DNA of 64,000 nt from an uncultured Vicinamibacteraceae bacterium (lineage in GTDB: Bacteria > Acidobacteriota > Vicinamibacteria > Vicinamibacterales > UBA8438): NCBI GenBank assembly GCA_964342695.1, contig CAYFFV010000012.1, forward strand, positions 2,547 to 66,546, given 5' to 3'. Shown piece after piece: positions 18,326 through 27,794 of this stretch; position 1 is the stretch's first letter; each line of letters begins with the position of its first letter. Under the pieces are notes generated by a model that made no database searches, was not told the DNA's origin, and saw only the letters and a list, made by a program, of their open reading frames with translations. Both the position numbers and the translations under genes were made by a program.

Positions 18326-19471
18326 ATGGCTCAAGTTTACGCCGCTCGATACCTAGCAAAAGCTGCTGCAAGTGCTCCTCGTGATCTAGTGAACACGTGC
18401 ATATCGCAATTTTCTGCAATCCATCCAACTGTTTTAATTTTTCATTGCACTTTTGTCTGTGATGCCCGTTGTGAAATGTGTAACAACTGGACACGAGGGG
18501 ATCGAAAATCCGATTTAAGTCTGGAAGAGATCAGCAAACTGTTTGACTCTGGTCTGTGGAAAAACATTGAAAACGCCAATGTTTCTGGCGGAGAACCAAC
18601 GACCAGAAATGATTTGGTAGAAGTCTGCCAAATTATGTTGGAGAAACTTCCGAGGCTACGGAAATTCGGTATGAACACGACCGGTTTAACGCCACATCGA
18701 GCTATTCCGATGCTGACGAAAATCGTAGAAGCTACCAAGGACCGAGGTGTTATCTTCAGTGCACGAGTCTCTATTGACGGCGTAGGAGACGTTCACAATA
18801 CCGTCCGGAAAGTAAATAGCGGCTTTGACAAAGCGAACGAAACAATCGTCGCCATGCAGGCACTACAAAAACAGTACCAACATTTTAATTTTGGCATCTC
18901 CACTACGATCTTCTCGCAGAACCTCAATGACGCAGATAACATTCTGAATTGGGCCCGTGAAAATGACTTAGATATCGTCTTTAACATGGTCCGTTTTACC
19001 GATCCGATGCTTGGCAATTCAGATCTCGCCGATAAATGTCAACCTATCGGTGAGGACGAAATTAAAATGCGTGAATTTTTTCTTGATCGCGTGCGTATCG
19101 ACCCATTACTTGACGGACAAAACTACATCTACATGCACTATGCAGATATGATCGCGAATGGATATCACCGCCTAGCCCCATGTCCATTTCAGACTCAGGG
19201 TATTATGGTAAATCCAGATGGCGGACTGTTTTTTTGTGAAAACAGTGAGGTAGTGGGTAACGCTCGTGACGAAGACCCAGAAAAAATTTATTTCAGCAAA
19301 GCCAGTCAAGAACATCGCGATTTCATAAAAAACGAAAAATGTCCCTCATGCCTAAGCCCCTGCCAAATGAACGTCTCAGCTATTAAACAAATCGGCCCGT
19401 ATGCGCGATTTCTTCTAAGGGCTACTCGAGAGAAAAGGAAACACAGTTCAGCACCTGCTGCCTCCTTTTAA
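18326..19471 (+). CDS. Radical SAM enzyme with C-terminal SPASM/twitch-type auxiliary cluster domain
   Basis: 381 aa. CX3CX2C = CDARCEMC. C-terminal CPFQTQGIMVNPDGGLFFC (CX12GX4C) followed by CPSCLSPC. Confidence 0.8.
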   Translation: MAQVYAARYLAKAAASAPRDLVNTCISQFSAIHPTVLIFHCTFVCDARCEMCNNWTRGDRKSDLSLEEISKLFDSGLWKNIENANVSGGEPTTRNDLVEVCQIMLEKLPRLRKFGMNTTGLTPHRAIPMLTKIVEATKDRGVIFSARVSIDGVGDVHNTVRKVNSGFDKANETIVAMQALQKQYQHFNFGISTTIFSQNLNDADNILNWARENDLDIVFNMVRFTDPMLGNSDLADKCQPIGEDEIKMREFFLDRVRIDPLLDGQNYIYMHYADMIANGYHRLAPCPFQTQGIMVNPDGGLFFCENSEVVGNARDEDPEKIYFSKASQEHRDFIKNEKCPSCLSPCQMNVSAIKQIGPYARFLLRATREKRKHSSAPAASF

Positions 19472-19494
19472 GGATTTCTTAAACCGGGAAGTCT

Positions 19495-20268
19495 TTACTT
19501 TCTACAAAACGCCATTAGGTGCCACCCAAACGAACGAACCAGCGATCTCGGAAGCCTATTAAACACCCCTACAAACAATTTATTAAATGCTACTCCCTTC
19601 CACCCCTTATGTAAGCGCGATGGCACAGGAAATCGCTCAGGGACAATCCTGACTTCGCGAAACAATCCTAGAAGCCTATGGTATTCGCCAATGGAAAACT
19701 TTCGCAAAACCGGAGCATCTTCATGTTCTAATTCAACTCGCATAACCTTCGACAAAAAATTTAACCAAGAAATTCTGTTGTAGACCATGAATATCGCCTG
19801 GCCATGTGGTTTAAGCACGCGGTGACACTCAGCCAACATCTTAGCCGGGTGAGCCGTATACTGAATCACGCCGTGACAGTACACCAGATCAAACGACTCG
19901 TCAGAAAAAGGTAAAGCTTCTCCGTCAGCCGTTTTCAACGTTACTCTGTCAGTCACATCATGAATTTTGGTATTTAAAGCGGCTAACTCAATAGAACGCT
20001 CGGCAAGATCAACGCCGGTTACATAAGCACCGCCTCTTGCAAATCGAACGAGATCTGTTCCAATTCCACAGCCAATCTCTAGAATCTGCTGCTCAGCAAA
20101 TCCATCGAACTGAACAATTTCCGGAAGATAAGAAAGCTTGTCAAATCGATATTCATCCAAATCAACAAAGAACTCACGTGAACCGACTGGATGATTCGTC
20201 ATTTCAAGATCGTGAATTCTGGCATTCCAGTACCCTTGAATCCGCCCAATCAACGAGTCACTTTTCAT
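19495..20268 (-). CDS. Class I SAM-dependent methyltransferase
   Basis: 257 aa. Motif I ILEIGCGIGTD, then VTGVDL and DLVYCHGVIQY. Confidence 0.8.
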   Translation of the reverse strand: MKSDSLIGRIQGYWNARIHDLEMTNHPVGSREFFVDLDEYRFDKLSYLPEIVQFDGFAEQQILEIGCGIGTDLVRFARGGAYVTGVDLAERSIELAALNTKIHDVTDRVTLKTADGEALPFSDESFDLVYCHGVIQYTAHPAKMLAECHRVLKPHGQAIFMVYNRISWLNFLSKVMRVELEHEDAPVLRKFSIGEYHRLLGLFREVRIVPERFPVPSRLHKGWKGVAFNKLFVGVFNRLPRSLVRSFGWHLMAFCRK

Positions 20269-20316
20269 TATCTAAATCATTTCTTCTAATAGCACAGACG
20301 TAAGGAAGTGTACTAT

Positions 20317-21951
20317 ATGCCCGTGGCAAGAAAACTTTGTGCTCTTACCAACTCTCAATTCGATCTTATTGTAATTGGAGGAGGAATTTACGGCACTACT
20401 ATAGCTCTCGACGCGACACTCAGAGGACTATCCGTTGCAATTATTGACCAAGGAGACTTCGGTAGTGGAACTTCCTTCAACAGCGCGAAGACGGTCCACG
20501 GGGGGGTGCGATCTCTACAGCGGGGAAACCTTCGTGAAATGAACCAGTTCATTAACGAAAGACGAACGTTGTCTAGGTTGCTTCCACACCTTGTGACTCC
20601 TTTACCGTTCGTTATCCCCACTTATCAGACTTTAACCAGAAATAAATGGCTAATGCGACCGTATTTCGCGTTATACGATCAACTGTCCTCCACTCGCAAC
20701 AATCAGATAGACCGTAGCTTACATTTGCCAGACAGTCGTTTCCTGTCTCGAAATGAATGTTTGGAACTTAATCCAATGATCTCGCCAAATAAAGTCACAG
20801 GAGGGATACAGTGGTTTGACTGTCAGATGTACAACAGCGACCGCGTTAATTTATCTTTTGTACTATCGGCCATGAAACACGGTGCTACAGCTGCGAACTA
20901 CGTTGAGGCAAAAAATCTCATCTACCATAACAAACAGATTGTTGGTCTTCACGTTTTCGACCGTATTGGTAATTCTCACTTCGACTTGCGCGGAAGAATT
21001 GTCCTGAACTGCACTGGCCCCTGGACAAATCTCGTTCTAAAGAAACTTCTGCCAAAAAGAACGTGCGACTTGCCGTTTCACCTATCGAAGGCGATGAATT
21101 TCGTGACCAGCAAACCAGTGACTACTGCACATGCCTTGGGCAGTTGGAACAACGGTCGCCTCTTGTTTATTGCCCCTTGGCGAGGTCGCTCAATCATAGG
21201 CACCAGCCATCATCGATTTACTGGAGACGCTGATACACTGAAGCTTTGCGAACATGAAGTTGAAGATTTCTTGAGCGAAGTAAACAGTGCGTTTCCGAAT
21301 GCTAAGTTACAAATGGACGACTTGCAGATGATCCATTGTGGACTTCTCCCGGCCGTGACAACTGTCAAGAATTGTGACTCCCTGCTAAAAACCAGCCTCA
21401 TTCTTGACCATACCCGAGATGGGGTATCAGGACTTCTCAGTGTTATAGGCGTACGTTACACAACCGCACGAGATACAGCGGAACACGCTGTCGACACAGT
21501 TTTTAATTTGCTTAAACGTAAATCACCGATCTGCCAAACAGAGAGCACAACTCTTTTCGGCGGCGATATTCCTGACATCGAATCATTTTTCAAGAATGCC
21601 AGACAAAAATCGACATCTAACCTTTCGGAGGCAACATGCCTTCGTCTAGCGCGCTCATACGGCTCTAACTATACGAACTTACTTACTTCACTTCACAAAG
21701 ATTCAGAAAGGGTTGCCAAAGTAGCAAGTAACTGTGAAATAACAGTCGCCGAAGTTCAGCATTCAATGGAACATGAAATGGCAATCAAATTGTCAGATGT
21801 CGTACTGAGACGCACCGAACTCGGGTCGGGAGGACATCCAGGAATGGAAACATTAAGGTCGACTGCCCGACTGATGGGAAGATACCTCGAATGGTCGTCG
21901 GAGCGAATAGAAAAAGAAATTTCTGAAGTGGAAAATTTGTACTCTTTTTAA
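20317..21951 (+). CDS. FAD-dependent glycerol-3-phosphate dehydrogenase-like oxidoreductase (GlpD family)
   Basis: DLIVIGGGIYGTTIALDATLRGLSVAIIDQGDFGSGTSFNSAKTVHGGVRSL matches the GlpD N-terminus. ATG 20317 is preceded by AAGGAAG. The ORF also opens at GTG 20308. Confidence 0.8.
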   Translation: MPVARKLCALTNSQFDLIVIGGGIYGTTIALDATLRGLSVAIIDQGDFGSGTSFNSAKTVHGGVRSLQRGNLREMNQFINERRTLSRLLPHLVTPLPFVIPTYQTLTRNKWLMRPYFALYDQLSSTRNNQIDRSLHLPDSRFLSRNECLELNPMISPNKVTGGIQWFDCQMYNSDRVNLSFVLSAMKHGATAANYVEAKNLIYHNKQIVGLHVFDRIGNSHFDLRGRIVLNCTGPWTNLVLKKLLPKRTCDLPFHLSKAMNFVTSKPVTTAHALGSWNNGRLLFIAPWRGRSIIGTSHHRFTGDADTLKLCEHEVEDFLSEVNSAFPNAKLQMDDLQMIHCGLLPAVTTVKNCDSLLKTSLILDHTRDGVSGLLSVIGVRYTTARDTAEHAVDTVFNLLKRKSPICQTESTTLFGGDIPDIESFFKNARQKSTSNLSEATCLRLARSYGSNYTNLLTSLHKDSERVAKVASNCEITVAEVQHSMEHEMAIKLSDVVLRRTELGSGGHPGMETLRSTARLMGRYLEWSSERIEKEISEVENLYSF

Positions 21952-21989
21952 ACGCAGTGACCAACCAAATATGTTTCTAAAGATGAAAA

Positions 21990-23891
21990 TTAGACGCCAT
22001 CAATGTATTCTTGAGCCCACCGTTCCAACACCATCAAACTGAACAACAAATGAGCATTATTTTGACGCCCGTCTTTATGCGCTGTCACCGCTCTTTGCAC
22101 AACGTCTGGCTCAAACCAACCTCTTCGTATAATTTGTTCAGAAGACAATAATTCATCCATGAGTGGTGCCAACTCGCTCCGGAGCCAGTTCTTCATTGGA
22201 ATGCTGAATCCCTCTTTTGGACGCGTCAGCACCGAGCTCGGAAGCACATCTTCAAACGCTTTTTTTAAAACATATTTTCTTTGTCTACCTCGCAGCTTCA
22301 AATGGCCTGGCATTGAAAATGCCAACTCCATAACCTCAACATCGAGAAATGGCGCACGCGTTTCCAGTGAAGTTGCCATACTCATTCGATCCACTTTAAC
22401 CAAAATGTCGTCAGCCAAATAAAGAGATAAATCAGTATATAGCTGTCGGTTTAACAGGTCATCCGTCTCCATTGATCCGAGACACTCTCTAACAGGCTTA
22501 TAGACATCAGAATTTCTTAGTCGGTCTTGAAAGTCAGTTGAATACAACTCGCGTTTTCGAGCAGCGGAGAGAAAAGTCATCCATCTATAATGTTGAAGAT
22601 CGTCTGGCCCTTCGACAAGCCCAGACATGAACCGCTTAAGTTTATTAATTAGCCCCTTCTTCTTCGAACTAGGTGGAACCATTGAAGTCAGGTTTGCCAA
22701 TGCCGACAACGCACCTTTTGGGACCCTAAGAGCGAGACCTCTTGCCATTCTGTCGGCTTCGTACGTATCGTACCCACCAAATAATTCGTCACCTCCATCA
22801 CCAGACAGAACGACCTTCACATGCTCTCGTGCACTCTGAGAAACCAAATATGTTGGAAAAAGCGATACGTCTGCGAACGGTTCATCTAGGTGAGATATTA
22901 GTTTGTGAAATAAATCTCCAATTCGAGGATCTACAATGCCTTCTCTATGATTCGTACCTAAAATATCTGCAACCTCACGTGCGTATGCTAATTCGTTATA
23001 ACTTCCGTCTTTAAACCCCATACTGAATGTATTGATACCCACATTGTTCTTATGAGCTTCTTGAGCCATCAGCGCAACAATGGCACTCGAATCGATACCA
23101 CCTGACAAAAAAGCACCAAAGGGCACATCAGACATCATTTGCCTGCTTACTGCACGTCCGAGTGTCTCGCGAACGGCAGTGGCAGCATTTTTGTCATTCC
23201 ACGATTGAACTTGAATCTGGTTAGCACTCCAGTACCGCTTAACTGACACGTCTCCCTTGCGATAGCGAAGGTAATGCGCTGGTGGTAATTTATGAATACC
23301 CTGCAAAATAGTACGAGGTGCCATCACATACTCATATGTCAGAAATTGATCAAGGGCTTCCATGTCAATTTCACGACCGACATCTGAACGCACGAATAAT
23401 GCTTTTAATTCAGACGCCAACAAAAACGCGTCCGCGGTGCGCGTATAGTAAAGTGGTTTTTCACCAGCTCGATCCCGTGCACAGATCAAGGTCTCGTTAC
23501 GACGATCCCACAAGGCAAGAGCAAACATTCCTTGCACCCGTTGCAGAAAAGATTCATTCCATTCCTCATAAGCATGAACGAGAACCTCTATGTCCGAATG
23601 ACTGCGGAATTGATGACCAGCCGAGATTAATTCAGCCCGAAGTTCCTTGAAATTGTAAATCTCACCATTCGCGACAAGATGGACGGCACCGTCTTCAGTA
23701 GTGAAGGGCTGTTGTCCACCTTCAACGTCAATAATGGAGAGCCGTCGCATGCCAAGACCCACACCTTGAACGACCACTGACCCGGAATCATCAGGACCTC
23801 GATGGCGAAGCGATTCAATCATATCGTTCAGTGATTTTTTCTCGACAGGGCGTGAGAAATCATTTTGTACGATCCCAACGATGCCACACAT
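21990..23891 (-). CDS. asnB: Asparagine synthase (glutamine-hydrolysing) family amidotransferase
   Basis: Ntn start MCGIVG (ATG 23891; the ORF extends to 23972, but Cys must be residue 2). PP-loop FLSGGIDSS. Confidence 0.9.
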   Translation of the reverse strand: MCGIVGIVQNDFSRPVEKKSLNDMIESLRHRGPDDSGSVVVQGVGLGMRRLSIIDVEGGQQPFTTEDGAVHLVANGEIYNFKELRAELISAGHQFRSHSDIEVLVHAYEEWNESFLQRVQGMFALALWDRRNETLICARDRAGEKPLYYTRTADAFLLASELKALFVRSDVGREIDMEALDQFLTYEYVMAPRTILQGIHKLPPAHYLRYRKGDVSVKRYWSANQIQVQSWNDKNAATAVRETLGRAVSRQMMSDVPFGAFLSGGIDSSAIVALMAQEAHKNNVGINTFSMGFKDGSYNELAYAREVADILGTNHREGIVDPRIGDLFHKLISHLDEPFADVSLFPTYLVSQSAREHVKVVLSGDGGDELFGGYDTYEADRMARGLALRVPKGALSALANLTSMVPPSSKKKGLINKLKRFMSGLVEGPDDLQHYRWMTFLSAARKRELYSTDFQDRLRNSDVYKPVRECLGSMETDDLLNRQLYTDLSLYLADDILVKVDRMSMATSLETRAPFLDVEVMELAFSMPGHLKLRGRQRKYVLKKAFEDVLPSSVLTRPKEGFSIPMKNWLRSELAPLMDELLSSEQIIRRGWFEPDVVQRAVTAHKDGRQNNAHLLFSLMVLERWAQEYIDGV

Positions 23892-23936
23892 GAACAAAGA
23901 CGTTACAATGACAGGTGCACTACCGACAACAGGATT

Positions 23937-25397
23937 ATGAACTCTTACCCAAACATAACCACGTTCTGTCACCGTGGAACGCTTGCATTGGCCGCAATAC
24001 TACTCACTGTTGGCTGCACCTCTGAGCAACAGGACGCGTCAGTTCACGCCATTCAAAATGTGCCCCTGGAGAAACTGTCGACACCCATAGCTCTAGACGA
24101 TTCCCCTTCATGGTCTCGTGTGGTGTGGATAAGGGATACTGGTGACGGAACCGACATTCTCGGTTTTCAAGATCAATTAATTCTCGTGGGACGTGACGCA
24201 CAAGAGGAAGGCCGTGAGCGAATTATTCTTGATACTCCGAGAAGCTATGCTCGCCCACTCATCACACCAACAGGCCAACAGGTCGTTTTTTCCGTGAGAA
24301 CCGAACAAGCTGTTTACGTCGTAAACTGGGATGGTTCACAGCCTACACAAATCGCAAAAGGTTTTGGACTCGCCGTGTGGCAAGACCCAGCAACGAGCAC
24401 AGAATGGGTATATGTAGGAACACAGAAGACTAACAGCGACCCTCCTTCATACCGTGCGATACGCCGATATCGACTGGACCGTCAAAGTAAAGGGCAACCT
24501 GTCTGGAATGCACAACGTGTTAGCGCAGACAATTTTCAACTTTCTGCTGATGGCCGGTATGCAGGTGGCCTATTCCCATGGCCTAAAGCCGGCATAGCCG
24601 ACCTGGAAAATGGAACCTGGGAGGAGTTAGGAGAAGGTTGCTGGACATCGTTCTCTAATGATGGCCGAAATATTCTCTGGTACTTCGACGGATTGCATCG
24701 AAATCTAACCATGGTAGACCCTTCCAGTGAACAACGTTGGAAGGTGAACATAAACGGAGCCCCAGAACTAAATGGTTATGAGGTCTATCATCCTCGGTGG
24801 ACGAATGATCCTTTACATCTCGTTCTCACTGGACCCTACACGGTCGGAGGTCGCGAAAATAAAATTAGAGGTGGCGGCCCACAAGTCGAAATATTCGTTG
24901 GTCGATTCGACCCAACACTTGAATCTGTTGAGCAATGGTTTCAAATTACTGATAATGAAAGTCCGGACTTTTATCCCGATGCGTGGGTCGACCCAAGTAA
25001 TCGCTCGGCCAGTAATCTCCGAGCACGCGATATGTCCGCCCAGAACAATAGAAACCTCTCTACGCTCGTAGTGAGGGCCCGTGTCAAAAAAGACGCAGAA
25101 ATACCTACCCCTTCATCAATAGCTCCTTATCGAGACGGGCTGCTCGCAATAGATTATGAAATAGTCGAAATTCTTGAAGGTCAGTACACCGAACCAAACA
25201 TTGTCGTAGCCAATTGGGTGATCCGTGAAGAAAAAATTCTAAATGATGCGACGCGTCACAAAAATGAAATCTACCAGATGACACTGGCACCCTTCGACAG
25301 CCATCCTGAACTGGAGGGACAACGGTTGATCTTAGACACTGAACACCTAACACTTCCACTGTACTTTGCCACAAAAAGTGAAAATAATGATCAGTAG
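23937..25397 (+). CDS. Lipoprotein with TolB/PD40-like beta-propeller and ~110-aa C-terminal module shared with AlgJ-like protein 30466..32181
   Basis: Lipobox LLTVGC after MNSYPNITTFCHRGTLALAAI. PD40-like strands (PLITPTGQQVVFS, LSADGRYAGG, FSNDGRNILWY). C-terminal EIPTPSSIAPYRDGLLAI module. Confidence 0.5.
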   Translation: MNSYPNITTFCHRGTLALAAILLTVGCTSEQQDASVHAIQNVPLEKLSTPIALDDSPSWSRVVWIRDTGDGTDILGFQDQLILVGRDAQEEGRERIILDTPRSYARPLITPTGQQVVFSVRTEQAVYVVNWDGSQPTQIAKGFGLAVWQDPATSTEWVYVGTQKTNSDPPSYRAIRRYRLDRQSKGQPVWNAQRVSADNFQLSADGRYAGGLFPWPKAGIADLENGTWEELGEGCWTSFSNDGRNILWYFDGLHRNLTMVDPSSEQRWKVNINGAPELNGYEVYHPRWTNDPLHLVLTGPYTVGGRENKIRGGGPQVEIFVGRFDPTLESVEQWFQITDNESPDFYPDAWVDPSNRSASNLRARDMSAQNNRNLSTLVVRARVKKDAEIPTPSSIAPYRDGLLAIDYEIVEILEGQYTEPNIVVANWVIREEKILNDATRHKNEIYQMTLAPFDSHPELEGQRLILDTEHLTLPLYFATKSENNDQ

Positions 25398-25417
25398 TTG
25401 ACAGAACTTTTACGTTC

Positions 25418-26116
25418 TTAGTTCGTCACCTCATACTTAGCTTCGTACTGCATTAGCACAGATTTAATCGCAGTAGCCCAAATGCGATTTCCCTTATCGT
25501 TAAGATGAAGACCGTCATCAATAAATACGTCATCCATGACCGACCCATCTGAATTAAGAAGCGGCGTCGCGACATCGATAAAATAAAGTCGCCTATCAGT
25601 CCCTGCTAGGGCCTTATATAGCTCCGTTGTCTCTCGAGCCTCATCCCACACCCTAGTTCTAGCTAAACTCGGTTTAACCGAAAGAATGTAGATACGGCTT
25701 TCGGGAAGAGCGTCGTGTATTTTAGAAACAATTTCTTTCAGCTGCTCCACGATCGTTTCAGGAGCCACTCCATGAAAGGTATCATTGTCTCCCTCATAAA
25801 TTACGACAGCTCGAGGCTTATAAGAAATCACCACACGGTCAACGTAATGGAGTACGTCAGCCATCGTGCTACCCCCGAACCCACGTGGAATCACAGTTAA
25901 AGGCTCTAAATCTTCTTCCATCGTTAGCCATCTTGCAAAACTGGAACTTCCTGTTAACACGATGGCATTCTGAGGCGCCAAATTAGCGCTCTTATCAAAA
26001 GAGGAAATAACTTCGTCCCACCGAGACGGGTCGTTCGCACGTTGGGCCACACTAGGCAGAACAAATACAACGGCGAATAGCATCGCCACTACAAAATGTG
26101 TGGATCGAAGTTTCAT
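25418..26116 (-). CDS. Secreted SGNH/GDSL-family esterase (PAF-AH/sialate O-acetylesterase-like)
   Basis: Signal peptide MKLRSTHFVVAMLFAVVFVLPSVAQ (ATG 26116; the longer ORF to 26224 overlaps the upstream gene). Block I LTGSSSF, block II GFGGST, block III YEGDND, block V DGLHLN. Confidence 0.7.
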   Translation of the reverse strand: MKLRSTHFVVAMLFAVVFVLPSVAQRANDPSRWDEVISSFDKSANLAPQNAIVLTGSSSFARWLTMEEDLEPLTVIPRGFGGSTMADVLHYVDRVVISYKPRAVVIYEGDNDTFHGVAPETIVEQLKEIVSKIHDALPESRIYILSVKPSLARTRVWDEARETTELYKALAGTDRRLYFIDVATPLLNSDGSVMDDVFIDDGLHLNDKGNRIWATAIKSVLMQYEAKYEVTN

Positions 26117-26147
26117 AACAGGCCTCCCAGTTTTACAACTCAATGTT

Positions 26148-26939
26148 TTAATCCTGAACGTCACGCCGATCACGAATACTTTTTGCAGGAATACCAGCCG
26201 CAATACAAAAAGGATCGATCTCACCGATCACTACAGCGCCTGCCCCAATGATTGCGTCACGGCCAACACGTGATCCATCAGCAATCACTACATGAGCACC
26301 GAGCCACACATTGTCATCGACCTCAATGCCACGAGCTGTTCTTCCTTGATTTAAAACAGGAATATCTGTCCTGTCGTATAAATGATCGCCACCAACTAAA
26401 TAGGTATAGGCTGCGACCAAAGTCGATGCTCCAAGATACACACGAGACGCTGAAAATATTTCACAATTAAAGCCAATGTTTGCGTAATCGCCGATCACGA
26501 TATCGCCGTTCTTACAACTCAGAATGGTATTGCGACCGATGAAAACCCCCGACCCAATGGTAATACCCTGATTGTCTGTTCCTTTTGCGTCTAACAAACA
26601 CCCGTCATCAATAACAACATCATCACCGATCGAAATTTTATGAGGGTGCCTCAAAGTAACGTTCAGACCAAACGTAACATTTTTCCCCGTCCGACCCAAC
26701 ACGAGGGGATATAATTTTGCCCGTAAAAATAAGCCAAGCGCACCAGGCACCCAACTTGATAAAGTAACGACTAACTCGTACTTAAACAGTGACCAAAAAT
26801 CAGTTTTTCCAATCACAAGTTCAGCATACCGTTGGACCTTTGAGCTCCCTGGTTTGAATAATTCTTTTTGAATTACTGTGATTCTTGGGTCGTGCTCACG
26901 ACCTGCTTTAACGCGCTTGCGTAAATCGTCTGACACCAC
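26148..26939 (-). CDS. Left-handed beta-helix (hexapeptide-repeat) O-acetyl/acyltransferase
   Basis: 263 aa. Repeated [LIV]-G-x4 hexapeptides (ISIGDDVVIDDGCLLDA, ITIGSGVFIGRNTIL, IVIGDYANIGFNCEI, VWLGAHVVIADGSRVG). GTG start. Confidence 0.75.
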   Translation of the reverse strand: MVSDDLRKRVKAGREHDPRITVIQKELFKPGSSKVQRYAELVIGKTDFWSLFKYELVVTLSSWVPGALGLFLRAKLYPLVLGRTGKNVTFGLNVTLRHPHKISIGDDVVIDDGCLLDAKGTDNQGITIGSGVFIGRNTILSCKNGDIVIGDYANIGFNCEIFSASRVYLGASTLVAAYTYLVGGDHLYDRTDIPVLNQGRTARGIEVDDNVWLGAHVVIADGSRVGRDAIIGAGAVVIGEIDPFCIAAGIPAKSIRDRRDVQD

Positions 26940-26967
26940 GGAAGTAATTTTGAAGCAAGAATTGGCG

Positions 26968-27768
26968 CTAGAATCTAAGACGAATTCCCGCGCCCGATTG
27001 GAATCCGCCAGCAGATATAGACACTATACCATCAGATGAGGGGATATCTACGGTCCCTTTCGAAAAACGCAGAACACCCCCAACCCCAAGGGTCGGAGTA
27101 AACATGTAAGTAAAATCAGCCCCAACATGCCCACCCCAACCACTTTTTGAATATTCGCCAATCGAGACAGCCGCAACACTGACTTCACTGAATGGAGGTC
27201 CTGTCGCCTCTACTAATCCAATATCAGCAACGAGACCTTGGGTAAGACTAAAATACGAAGGTCCACCGAAAACAGATATATCCATTTCCTGAAGTTGTCG
27301 GATCGGCCACTGATCGGTCGGAAGCCGCCACGAAACATAAATATGACCAGCCCGTTCCCGATGGGGCAAAGTTTGTCCGTCAACATCCAAGGTTCGACCA
27401 GAATCAAATAAAATCGGATGAGGTACTGAACCGACAATATACGTAATGTCCGCTTTTTTTAGGTCTGTGTATGCCCCACCAACTGCTAAATCTTCCCAGA
27501 CGTTAACACTGCCTCCTAAATCAAGGATTGGACCACCGCGAATTTTGTGCTCTGCAGACAGATTCGTATCCTCACCATAGATACGCTTATTGAAGAGTTG
27601 CCGGAACTCATGAGATCCTGCCTGAAATGCCACGTTTGCGTGCAATGAAAAACGGCCTTCTATATTTTCCCACTGCGCCTCAACCGGCTGCGCAGAACCA
27701 ATTATGATTCCCAAGACCACGATGCCCAAAAGACTCGACTGCCTTAACTTATCCATACGCTTCAACAT
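26968..27768 (-). CDS. Outer-membrane beta-barrel protein, paralog B (pairs with 14160..14915)
   Basis: 266 aa. Signal peptide ending QPVEAQ. It shares AQW.., Q[SA]GS, YGED, PHP[LI], VGAD[LF]TYM and GG[LF]Q.GAG[LI]R.R[WF] with paralog A. Confidence 0.6.
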   Translation of the reverse strand: MLKRMDKLRQSSLLGIVVLGIIIGSAQPVEAQWENIEGRFSLHANVAFQAGSHEFRQLFNKRIYGEDTNLSAEHKIRGGPILDLGGSVNVWEDLAVGGAYTDLKKADITYIVGSVPHPILFDSGRTLDVDGQTLPHRERAGHIYVSWRLPTDQWPIRQLQEMDISVFGGPSYFSLTQGLVADIGLVEATGPPFSEVSVAAVSIGEYSKSGWGGHVGADFTYMFTPTLGVGGVLRFSKGTVDIPSSDGIVSISAGGFQSGAGIRLRF

Positions 27769-27794
27769 TAAATATCATCACCACTTTGCGAACA

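Noticed and set aside
23892-23972. N-terminal extensions offered by the ORF track for asnB. The same applies to recA 55700..55783, the IMPase 40720..40791, the SDR 12848..12949, the SGNH esterase 26117..26224, aroK 42122..42241 and dtd 6802..6846
   Set aside because: Conserved family N-termini fix the real starts further in: MCGIVG for the Ntn amidotransferase, the [18 protein letters not shown] region for RecA, Rossmann and P-loop starts, and signal peptides. Several of the longer versions would overlap the neighbouring gene.
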